Assembly (NCBI RefSeq): GCF_006345805.1
Contig: NC_042998.1
Location: 118,234,001-118,298,000, forward strand
Source: Octopus sinensis
Taxonomy: Eukaryota
DNA length: 64,000 bases
Direction: 5' to 3'
The notes beneath the pieces were generated by a model, which did not search any database, was not told where the DNA came from, and saw only the letters and a program-made list of their open reading frames with translations. Each line of letters begins with the position of its first letter. The stretch's first letter is position 1. Of this stretch, positions 28,556-40,480 are shown one piece after another. The position numbers and the translations under genes are program-made.

Positions 28556-28673
28556 GCTTACGTCCATATCATTTTGAAAGCACCGGTTCTCGTCCGATCA
28601 CCGAAGTTACGCAACGTCGAGCCTAGTTAGTACTTAGATGGGTGACCGCTTGGGAAACCTAGGTGCTGTAAGC
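28556..28673 (+). rRNA. Full-length 5S rRNA-like sequence (variant, pseudogene or SINE head)
   Basis: 118 nt, GCTTACG...GCTGTAAGC with paired ends. Contains CCGGTTCTCGTCCGATCACCGAAGTT, GTTAGTACTT and GATGGGTGACCGC, as in invertebrate 5S. No T4 terminator immediately after. Confidence 0.93.
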
Positions 28674-29240
28674 GTCACATATTTATGTCCTGATGCAGTG
28701 CCAGGCAGTGGCTCTAATGGCTGCTGATCTTACCGATTGGAAGTGTTATCATGTACATTATTTTTGTCTTGGTATAAGAGATGGGCTACAGCAAATATTC
28801 TACTCAATACCACAGTTTTGCTTGTCAGTTGTTTGACCTTAAGCAGTTGAGCATGTTCCTTAGTGGCTGACAATATGGGCATCTCTGATCACGAGCAGAA
28901 GTAGTGAGGGACCTTCATAGCCGTGTGTTGAAAGGAATTATTAGTTGTTTGGATAATTCACCTTTGGAAACATGGGTGATTCGTTCAACATCCTTAAACA
29001 ATACTTATTCAGGGACCTTTTGAGCAGGATGGGCTACTGGACCAGAAGAAAATTCTGACTGGACCCCACCAGCAAGGTCATGCGCAGTTTATCTTGATAT
29101 GAGATCACCATGTCGCGCACATATGGTTGTGATGCATGAGCCTGGTGTACTCTTATCAGGTAGGTAGTCATGATGGGTATACTGGGCTTCGTATATTTTA
29201 TCCCAGTGTCACTTTGATAGCATGCACTGCTCTCTCACTC
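28556..29240 (+). mobile_element. Candidate 5S-derived SINE (5S head, ~550 bp body, (AAT)n tail)
   Basis: 5S nucleotide +1 directly follows (AAT)n and is joined through about 11 nt to a body found four times in the window. The tail is (AAT)n. Confidence 0.6.
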
Positions 29241-29244
29241 GATG

Positions 29245-29327
<83 letters not shown>

Positions 29328-29330
29328 TTG

Positions 29331-29367
<37 letters not shown>

Positions 29368-29481
29368 TATTTCAAGATCTTTATATTTCAAGATCTTTAT
29401 ATTTGCTCAGTTTGTGGCAGGTCTTGACAGATACGTTTATATCGATTGGGACAGTCATATCAATGAGGAGGCATGTTCTTT

Positions 29482-29993
29482 CATTGAAAGACTTCAAACA
29501 AAGAACATGCCTCCTCATTGATATGACTGTCCCAATCGATATAAAGGTATCTGTCAAGACCTACCAAAAACTGAGTAAATATAAAGATCTTGAAATAGAA
29601 ATCAGCAAAATGTGGAAGCTGAAGACTAAAACAATACCTGTTGTCATAGGTGCCCTGGGAATGATAGCAAAAGGGGCTGATAGCTACCTAACTCAGATAC
29701 CAGGAAACCCCAAAATGGCAGAAATTCAAAAGATAGTGCTCATGGGAACTGCTCATATCCTACGCAAAATACTCTCTATGTAATCTCAAGGTTTAAAACA
29801 AAAATAATTTTCGGTTTAAAAAAAAAAAAAAAATTTTTTTTTTAGACATTCATTAGTACAACATCCTCACCCCCCAAATATATGGCACACTAGGCATAAC
29901 AACAACATGAACTTCCAACCCTGTTGTCTCTTGAGGTCTCTGGGTGAGACTTGGAGCCAACTTGTACAAATATAAAGCAAAAGTCAAACATAG
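29482..29993 (+). mobile_element. R4/Dong family A 3' fragment with a fold-back 5' end
   Basis: LKDFKQRTCLLIDMTVPIDIKVSVKTYQKLSKYKDLEIEISKMW...AHILRKILSM, nearly identical to 40690-40989. Inverted copy at 29385-29481. Confidence 0.92.
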
Positions 29994-30018
29994 AATAATA
30001 ATAATAATAATAATATTG

Positions 30019-30099
<81 letters not shown>

Positions 30100-31008
30100 G
30101 GAAGAAGAAGAAGAAGAGGAATGTTAACTCAAAAAGGAGAGCCGGTGTGGCGAGAGTCATTGACACCCATGTGGGATTTGAAGAACAGACTGGCCAAACT
30201 CTTATAAAAGGTAGCGTATTGTCTGAGGCGACAGAGAAACTTGAGGAGTCGTTGAGAGTTCGTGAAACCGAATAACCACAAGTGTATTAGGTAGAACTGC
30301 ATACATATTCGACCTTGTTTTGATGTCTGGTGTGTAGTTCTGCAAATTATATCGGATATGGTCGATCATACTGAAGATCTACAGATTTAATTGCGTAAGT
30401 AAAATTACGTAATTTGTTGATAGTAAAACATTTGTTTGTGATTAATCTACAATTTTGTTACTTTTCATTTGTCTTGCTCGCTTACGTTTCTGGTGTTTGT
30501 TAAATTTTCTAGAGAACAATTCTTAGTGGTAAGACTATAGCGTATCTTCTTGTGTAAGGGTTTCCATATAGTGATAATTCCCTGTATGAAATATACATAT
30601 ATATATATATATATATATACCACGTATGTGTATACGTGCATGTACACACATACATCTCGATACGTAGACCTGTAGGATTTTTCATGTGATTTTGCGTGTA
30701 CGAATTTTCGTGAGCGTGCGAATACCTACGTATATGTGGATGATGTGCAACTTCTTTAAAAAAAGGCAGAAAAGAAATAAGGAAAAAATTCAGGAAAATA
30801 TAAACGTTTCTGCTGAAAACACGTTTATCTTTCGTGAATTTTAAAAAATCACATAAAATTCTTTCCAGTAATTCAATATTCATGTTCGTTTCAAATCTTT
30901 TTCTTCTTTGCTTTTTCAAACAAACTGCCTTTGGCTATAGCCGTGTAAGGAAAGTAAATAAAAGTTTGTAATTGTTTTTCATGATATACACAAATAAAAT
31001 TAACACTG

Positions 31009-31094
<86 letters not shown>

Positions 31095-31508
31095 CATGCA
31101 TGCATGTATATGTCTATGCAATCATGTATGTGTATACGTACATAAATAAACAGACACGAACATTCACACAGACACACACACACACACATGCACACACACA
31201 TAGATATATACATGATCATTTGGGAAATTATTGAAGTTCGTTGAGTTTCCTACGACTGTAATTGTCAAACTAAAAGAAAATTGAAATACCAAGTGTTTCT
31301 TTTATAACAATTAAGTAGAATGTAGTTTTTAAAAGCAATACTTACGTTAATATGTAGTTATACCAAATTGATTTGAAAACTAACTACCATAATATACAAA
31401 GAACTTGCTGACGATTATGTATATGCGTAGGTGCTTAGGATGCCTGGCCAAGTAATAATGTAAATATCTATCTATCTATCATTTTATCTATATATTTATA
31501 TATATTAT

Positions 31509-31603
31509 GGGTATTACTATACATAAATGCCTCACGCTACGAGGGACCCTTTTTGACTTTAAGAGTCCCTCGTAGCGTGAGGTAATTATGTATAGTAATG
31601 CCC
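31509..31603. repeat. Hairpin with 39-bp arms (36/39 matched) and a 17-nt loop
   Basis: GGGTATTACTATAC...GAGGGAC / GTCCCTC...GTAATGCCC. A single related arm occurs at about 62105-62260. Confidence 0.9.
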
Positions 31604-31763
31604 TTAATATAAATAAATATATCTATATATTTATAGGGAATAATTAATAATTTTCCGTAATGAAGTGTTTCGCGCTGACTACTTGATAATTTCTTATAAA
31701 GTTTTTATCCTATTTTTAAATATGTATCTATATGTATATATATATATATATTATATATATATA

Positions 31764-31801
<38 letters not shown>

Positions 31802-31804
<3 letters not shown>

Positions 31805-32657
31805 GACAAATTCGAACTGATCCACTTTGGAAGGGAGGACGCTCTGAAACTCCCATACTCTCTTCCTTCTGGAGAAATTCTCATGGCATCCAACAACATC
31901 AGAGACCTGGGAGTAACAGTGGACAACAACATAAGCTGGGCTACACATATAAGCAGCAAAGTTGACATGGCCCGCAGAATGTGTTCCTGGATCCTCAGAA
32001 CCTTCCAGTCGAGAGATTCCCACGCTATTATCCTTCTCTTCTCCACTTTTGCCCGACCCCACCTTGAATACTGCTGTCCACTGTGGTCTCCCTACACAAA
32101 ACAAAATATTATGAGAATTGAAGCTCCCCAAAGGTCAATCACAAAAAAGATAGATGGCATGTCAGACCTTGACTACTGGGGTAGACTAGAGAAGCTGAAA
32201 TTGTATTCACTCCAACGACGCCGTGAACGCTACATTATCTGTATGATGTGGAAAATATTCCATCAGCACTGTCCGAATGATGTTGGCATCACCTTCAAAA
32301 TGCATCCAAGGCTTGGACCACGTGCCATCCGTCCACAACAAAAATCTAAATCGCATCACATAACGACAATACGGCACAACTATTTCACCTCAATTGGACC
32401 CGCTCTCTTCAACATTACACCAGGACACGTCAAAAAAGAAACTGACCACAGAAGATTCAAGAAGTCTTTGGACAAATTCCTTCAAACAGTACCGGACAAA
32501 CCATCCACACCCGGATATGTCTCCGCAAACAATAACTCTCTGCTCGAATGGGCCTTGGTGCCCAAATCCTGAACTGAAAGACTTCGCCAGGTGGTGCTAT
32601 TAAGTTAGACATGGCCTGGGCCAATACTGGCCAAAAACCTTTCTAAGTTATTCTAAG

Positions 32658-32660
<3 letters not shown>
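31802..32660 (+). mobile_element. CR1/L2-group LINE 3' fragment with an open 229-aa C-terminal frame (31883-32572)
   Basis: RDLGVTVD, FARPHLEYCCPLWSP, YWGRLEKLKLYSLQRRRERY and GPALFN. Tail TTCTAAG x2. (TA)n on both sides. Confidence 0.9.
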
Positions 32661-32712
<52 letters not shown>

Positions 32713-32760
32713 CACTATATATAGTAGCAAATATTCGTTATAAATATCACTACCAGTGGT

Positions 32761-32817
<57 letters not shown>

Positions 32818-32896
32818 TATATAGGGTAGCGAATATTCGTTATAAATATCACTAGCAGTGGTCTAACATGTATAAATAGTCAATAGACAACATATT

Positions 32897-33143
32897 CATA
32901 TTTTAAAATATTGTACATTTAAACACAAAAGAAAAATTTGACAGGTAATTTTTTTACGTGCTAGAAATAGCAGCCAACACGGCCAAAACCACGATTTAAC
33001 AGCAATTTTCGAAGTATACTTCGAAAATTGCTGTTAAATCGTGGTTTTTGTCGTGTTGGCTGCTATTTCTAGCATGTAAAAAAAAATACCTGTCAAGGGG
33101 TAATTTTTCTTTTGTGTTTAAATGTACACTATTTTGAAATATG
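32897..33143. repeat. Spacerless palindrome, about 120 bp per arm
   Basis: Centre GAAGTA|TACTTC at 33016/33017. Both arms contain TAGAAATAGCAGCCAA. Confidence 0.92.
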
Positions 33144-33181
<38 letters not shown>

Positions 33182-34299
33182 AATTTTTTTGTGTAATAAG
33201 GTAATAAACCAAGGCTGTATAGATATTAGAGCATTTATAGATAGAAGGTCTTACAGCAGTTTCTATGATATTAATTAATAATATCACTTCATCAGAGACG
33301 ATGTGAGTAAGTCAGAGTAGTGTTTAGATGTGATACAAAATATAGAGTGAGATGGAGGAAAGAAAATAGATCTAAGATATGTATGGGTATTGAAATTGTA
33401 AATCAGTGTTATAGACATAACGTTATATAGGCAATATTCCAATATCCTTTGAGTAAAATCCAAAAGTCCAACAGAGTTTTATATGAGTCCTTCCAAATAT
33501 AGAGTTTATAAGCAATGTAAGATTCCCTTATGAGCGAGATCCAGCAGATTTTTAAACTTGGTCATTCCCAGTAGGGAATTTATATACAGTGTTGCAGAGT
33601 CAAGGTTTGTATTTAAAATGACCTCGAAATAAGGAGTGTATTAGTATGGTTAAATTGAAAACAGGAACAGAGGAATGAAATAAAGAGAAAAAAAGAGGGG
33701 AGAGAAATAAAAACTGAAAGAGAAAGGAGAGAGAAGATTAGTAAAAATAACAAAATAATAAAAAATAAAGAATAAAAACCCTTTGTGTGTTTGTCCATTT
33801 GTGTGTGTGTATCTGTATGTTTGTGTATTTGTGTGTGTACCTCAGTTTTCTTGTGTGTACATGCTTGTGTGTGTCTGGTCTGTGGACGGGGTCTTCATTT
33901 GTATGTATGTATATATGTTTGTATGTATGTATGTATGTGTATGAGTGTGTTAGTACTCGCCCGTGCATATTATCTATGTACCTATCTATCTTTATATGTA
34001 CTTGTCCACATGCGTATCCGTACTCCAACGCAAGATACAGACTGCACCAAATTTCCATGCATTCAGCAAAAATGTTCCTACGCTATACGGGTTACGTGAA
34101 AAAATATAAACCCTACACAAACACTATTATTTTGTTCCCAACCCGACTAGTTTGCAGATATCGCCTGCAGTTATAGACTATCCTACTTCCTCTCACCAGT
34201 ATTACGACCACTCCTTCAAATGTCCCCGAATATTTGTGTGAGAACGGAGGATCTCCTCAGTAGAATCAGTAGTTGCGATCACTCCAACGACCTTACAGG

Positions 34300-35510
34300 T
34301 TGTGTAGCAGGGATGAAATTTCACTCTATCCATCTATAGATTTGCTGTAGAAAGATGCATTGAGTGTATCTGTGAGAATAAGGCAGAGGTCCGTAAAGTC
34401 AACACGAGAAAGCAGGGCCTCCTACTTAAACTGAGCTCTGACAGTAACAATCTAGACAACAATAAACTTCGTAGATTTTGCCCCAGAAGGTCAGAGGAGA
34501 AGACCACATACCATCGCCTCAGTGGCGAAGAAAAGCATCGCAGAGCGCTGGGGTTGCTGCACCACACCCTCCCAATACCCTGTGAACAACACTCAGGGGA
34601 AAAGAATAGGGGCTCGCATAAAAACCAGCTTGAAAAACCACATTGTAAAGTTTAACAAGAAACTATACATGCAGTTTGAAGGTGCAGCCATTGGTGTCGG
34701 TATGGCTGGAGATGTAGCCTGCCTCTCCATGACTTGGGTAGATAGAAAACTAAAACAATTCTTAGTAGAACAATTCACTACAGTTTTACTTTACTGTAGG
34801 TATGTAGATGCCATTAATATTCTAGTTAGGACCAACTGAAATATAGAAGCCGAGAAGAGCGTAATGACGAGCATCCAGGATATAGCCAACTCCATCAACC
34901 AAAGTATCAAGATGACTATTGATTATCCCACCAGGCACCCTAACAATAGACTCCTTGCCCTTGATTCTGAAATTTGGTTAGAGACTGAACAACACAGTGA
35001 AGCTCTTCCAGTCCTATGACATGCAGCCTATAGCTTCTAAATATGTGGTTCACAAGAACTCAGCTTTGTCACACAACATGAAAATCAACATACTGATAGC
35101 AGACCTAGTAAGGGTAATGAACAACGTGTTCCCACTATTCCAATCCAAAGAAACAAAGAAGCATGTACAAAACTTCATGCATCGCATGCAGTTCTCCGTA
35201 TATCATCAGAAAGATAGGCTTTGGGTATACAGGAGAGCTAGAAAGACGTCAGATAGTATTACAAGTAAGGGAACCAGTGTTACCTTCCCTACATTCATAA
35301 GTAAAGACTGGCATATGGTACAAAGAGTTTGTGACAAAGCAAACGGGGTGAACATGTGGTACAAGACTGACAAATATCAGGGAATGATATTCTTAGAGGC
35401 CACAGCCCATGGAGAACTATGCAAAATAGTGAACAAACAATCATGCAAAACATGTAACTGTATGTTTTTGCCTCTGAAGAGATTGTGCTCAGAAATAAGA
35501 ACTTAATATT
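34300..35510 (+). mobile_element. Decayed Penelope-like element reverse transcriptase
   Basis: SLYPSI (motif A), KFNKKLYMQFEGAAIGVGMAGDVACLSM (motif B), YCRYVD (motif C), IANSINQSIKMTIDYP and RMQFSVY. Confidence 0.75.
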
Positions 35511-35621
35511 TAATTAATTTCACTGTGTACAATTGAAAGAACTGTAAGGGATTAATGATCGATTTGTTTTTGAAAATAAGCTCTTTTTAACTTCACAATC
35601 CCTATTTTCTTATTATTCTGC

Positions 35622-35676
<55 letters not shown>

Positions 35677-36358
35677 GGTAGGTAGGTAGGTCGGAAGGTA
35701 GATAGGTAGTTAGGTATGTGTGTGTGCATGTGTACAAGTATGCATGTACGTATGCAGATGTGTACATGCGTATGCATGTATATACGCATATATACATGTA
35801 TGTATGTATTACGAATGTATGCATATATTATGTATGCATGTATGCATATGTGTATATCTTTGTAAGTATGTATGCATGTATGTATGTATGTATGTGTGTG
35901 TGTATGTATGTATGTGCGAATTTATGTATATAAGTGTGTAGACGTCTCTGCGTGAGTGTATATGTGTATGTATATGTGTATGTTTATGTACTGATATGTG
36001 TGTCTGATCAAGTTGTATATATGACTTACTCTGTCGAAGGTTGTATGTATATATATTTACTGTTAAAAAAACAAATCGTGTTTTTTCGTCATCAAATCAG
36101 TTTAATCAAAAGGGAAGAGATTCTTCCCTCCCAAGATGAAGTTGAATTTGAAGCATTTTCACATTATGCACCGTTTTGGGTATTTATAGCCCAAACCCGG
36201 AATATCTCAACAACTTCTGCTCCAACTTACGTATTTCATTTCGTTCGTATTACTATTTCAGGATTAACTTAATTCATAGTATTTTCCCGTTATGCGTCAG
36301 TTTGCCTGGGTAACGTTGCAAGCAAACAAGCAATATCGAAACTGACTATCTATCTCAC

Positions 36359-36415
<57 letters not shown>

Positions 36416-36442
36416 ATCTCTCTCTTTCTCTCTCTCTCTCCC

Positions 36443-36476
<34 letters not shown>

Positions 36477-36495
36477 ATATATAATATATATATAT

Positions 36496-36547
<52 letters not shown>

Positions 36548-36989
36548 CACGTGCACACACACACACACACACACTCACACACACACACACGCATGCATAA
36601 GTGCACACAAATATATTAAATACAAAATAGAACCAGAACGCAAAACATCCGGACAGCTAGGTTATACCAAAATGTGGCATCAAAACATCCAGATAGACGA
36701 AACAAAGACGTTTTCTTTCCTCAGTCGAGTACCAAATTATCTTCGCTATTTCGGCTGATTATACTCGAGATTGATCCAATATGGCCAGTCCCAAGAAATT
36801 ATTAAGCTAAGAACTTTATATTCTTTGGAAGAAAACATCGAATGCATACAAATACAAATACAAGGGAAAAAAGGACAATGTTGCACAAATACAATATAAA
36901 TAATAAGAGGACATAACAGGTATTTTTCGACTAAGGACGAATTAAGTTAAGCTGGCGTGTTTGGAAATGAAGCCTTGCGGCAGGGATAC

Positions 36990-37500
36990 AAGTTTTCACA
37001 AACACAGGGAGGAATATCGATTTTGCACGGAGAACGACCAAATCAAGACCAAGAATGAAAGATCAGGCCAGACCAAGAATTAAAGATCAGGCTTGGCCGA
37101 ATGCCGGTAACGTGGGAAGAGAAGAGAGAGAGGAATTAAGGAAGGGCGAGAAAAATGACAGGGACACTGAATGAAAAATGGAGGGAAAGTGAGCAAGAGG
37201 AGAAGGCAAACAAATGTGAGAAAAGGGGGACGAAAGAACGAAAAGTGGAATGAACGAATAAAGCGTGAAAGGGCTGATAGACAGAAATAGAGTCAAGACG
37301 AAGATAGATGTATGAACAACAAGCCAGGATTTTAATTTGATGCTCGGGAAAATTAAAGTCTCTTACGTTTCGAGCCTACACTCATCATCAGAAAGATATT
37401 AGAAAAAATTAACATAGAGAGAATGAAATAAACTTGTAGATTTTGCGGTCAAGCATGGAAACTCAGTAGAAAATGTTTGAAGGAAGAGGTTAGAAGAGAG
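36990..37500 (-). mobile_element. Penelope-like 3' terminal remnant
   Basis: Shares the TTACGTTTCGAGCCTAC block and flanks with the 17515 and 47105 elements. Confidence 0.55.
37359..37396 (-). ncRNA. Minimal type I hammerhead ribozyme with an intact core
   Basis: Minus strand TCTTT-CTGATGA-T-GAGT-GTAG-GCTC-GAAA-CG-TA-AGAGA: 5-bp stem I, 4-bp stem II, minimal stem III and a GUA cleavage triplet. Confidence 0.7.
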
Positions 37501-37676
37501 GCAGATAATAAAGTGATGGAGAGCTCACATGAATGAGCGCGTGCGTGTGTGTGTATGTGAGAACCGTGTGTGTGGATCTGCAAGAGCGTGTGTGTGAATA
37601 GAAACTAGTGACTTTGACGTGTGTAGGTGTGTGCATGTGTAAGTGTGACTGCTCATATATATACATACATGCATAC

Positions 37677-37748
<72 letters not shown>

Positions 37749-38095
37749 ATATGTTTTTTATACGTGCATATGTATCATGTATATGCGTGGGTTTGTATTA
37801 TGCAAGCACATACCGTCTAAAAATCCATTTTGGCTTTTATGAAAAAAGCAAATATTAGTTTGTTTATATTTATATAAACGTGGTTGCACATTTATTTTTG
37901 AAAGCCTCTAAAATGTGGATTGATTTGTCAGCGGGCAGTCTAGCCCAATACACCTAGCCGGAGCTTTCATGAGATACGTATTCAAGTCTCATGGTCGATT
38001 GTTGACAAATTTTTAAGAATTGTAAGGGCAGGCTAACCATTGTTTCTGCTGTTGTAACGGCGTCTCTGCGTTCGAAAACAAATTATCATCTCAAG

Positions 38096-38131
<36 letters not shown>

Positions 38132-38706
38132 ATATATATTATTTATTGAAATTATCTTCACTTTCAGAGGTTGTAAGTAAGCATTTGGTTGTAATTAGTT
38201 TCACCTTTGGAATTGGCATGCCATTACATGAAGAAAAAATGAGTTTTTTTTTCGAGAGAAAAGCGGATAAATTGTCCTTGCTCAAAAGTTGCAGTGATCA
38301 CAGCACTTGCCCTACATTGATTTCAGCAGGCACATGAGGACACAAATTGACATTACCACAAATGTTTAGCATTATACAGGCTTCCATTGATCAAGGAATA
38401 ATTGAACAATAAATTAAGAGAACATATTTCATTCCCATTGGATCAGCTTGTGTCGAGTAGACAATCGCTTGTGTTCAAATAGTAAGCGTCACATGCTGTA
38501 TTCAGATGCAGCGTGTTAAAGATCATATTATCTTATGTAAACTCTTCACTTTGAGACGAATGGAGCTATTGTTTCTAATTCGTCGATGGACATTGCAGGA
38601 TATCTCTCCCTCTCTCTCTTTCATTCACACTATTTCTATCTCTATATACATTTCTATCTATCTATCTTTATCCCTCTCCCTCTTACGCACACACATTCTC
38701 TCTCTC

Positions 38707-38766
<60 letters not shown>

Positions 38767-39825
38767 GTCTCTCGTATCTTGTGATGAATGTGTTTCTTCG
38801 AACAGAGAAAAGCCGTTCATATGATAAACATACGACTTACGCTCCATCTTTGTTATTTAATAATGCCGCCATTTAAAATTGTTTTGCTAGTTATTGAATA
38901 TAACCTACACCGTTTCGATTTAACAGTTGTTTAATAACAAATATATTGTTTTCATGTCATTTATACATGAGGGGACATTTATACATGAGATGACATAAAT
39001 GAGTAGTTATATTTGATATTATTCAGATTTATTATAGTTTCAATTGAATATGGTTTGGTTATTATTATTAATCGATGTAAGTGGTTTGCTAAGTGTGGAT
39101 AGCTAAGTTTGAAAATAATTGAATTGTAGATACCTTTGTATTCATATCCTGATAAGACGCAGATTTCCTTGAAAGATAAGCAATTACACGTTAGATTTCT
39201 CCACTAAAACACCTGTATATCTGTACGCAAACATTTCCGTAAATAATTTTTGCTCCGCACAAAAGAATATGCTTCAAAGCAGAATTCTTCTATAAAGAAG
39301 ATTAAAAAAAAAGGAGAAACATTTTGGATTCAAAATGAATAAATATCCGTTATTCAAAGAACTCTTTGAAAATTTCGAAAACTCGCAATGGTACAACACA
39401 TAACATTCAAGAAAGTAAACAAGAGCTCCCGCAAAAATTGATAAAAAGTAAAAAAAAATCTATTGAACATCTAAGAACCAAATAACGTAATGATAAAAGG
39501 CGATAAAACAAAGCACACATATAGTACCCTGGTAACAAACACCATTAGTAACAATTATCAAAATACTTTAGATTCAATAAACAACGAAAAAAGATAAACA
39601 GCTTTTTATCTAAATATAGTAGTGGTGTAGTTTCAAAAGAATGGTATATTTAAACAGTTACATATCAAATAGTGGTTTAAATCAATACACACACGTTTAC
39701 AACATCATTTGTTTATGAAAATTCAATAAACTATAAACGATTACTTCATTAGAAATACATACACACATATATACATACATACACACACATACACGCAGAC
39801 ACACACGCACGCACACACACACATG

Positions 39826-39867
<42 letters not shown>

Positions 39868-39960
39868 CAACAATTGAGGGCAAAATTAATTAATTATTAA
39901 TCAATTTCACCAAGTGTTCAGTATGCAAAGGGACCATTCAAGGCGAATTCAAATTATTAC

Positions 39961-40217
39961 ATTATATAAAAGGGCTTAGTAAAATAAATTACTTTGCCGC
40001 ATACTGAACTCATTAGAAATAGCAGCCAAAAAACTTTTTTAAAGCTATTTCTAATACTTAAAGAAAATCTCTCTCATATATGTGAGTTGAATTAAGCAAA
40101 CACTATATATGAGAGAGATTTTCTTTAAGTATTAGAAATAGCTTTAAAAAAGTTTTTTGGCTGCTATTTCTAATGAGTTCAGTATGCGGCAAAGTAATTT
40201 ATTTTACTAAGCCCTTT

Positions 40218-40225
<8 letters not shown>
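39961..40225. repeat. Inverted repeat with 121-bp arms and a 23-nt spacer
   Basis: 39961-40081 matches the reverse complement of 40105-40225 with no mismatch found by eye. It contains the same TAGAAATAGCAGCCAA motif. Confidence 0.93.
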
Positions 40226-40254
<29 letters not shown>

Positions 40255-40312
40255 TACGAATGGTAATTGTTACTAATAAATGCAATAGAACCATGTGTCG
40301 GTCTATTTGAAG

Positions 40313-40362
<50 letters not shown>

Positions 40363-40441
40363 GAACTAAAGATAACATAAACAGGAATTAATGGTAATTA
40401 CTTCGTACTAATCCTTATTATTATTATCATTATTATTATTA

Positions 40442-40473
<32 letters not shown>

Positions 40474-40480
40474 TATTATT

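Noticed and set aside
30509-30919. 136-aa minus-strand ORF
   Set aside because: No recognisable domain, and it ends in microsatellite translation.
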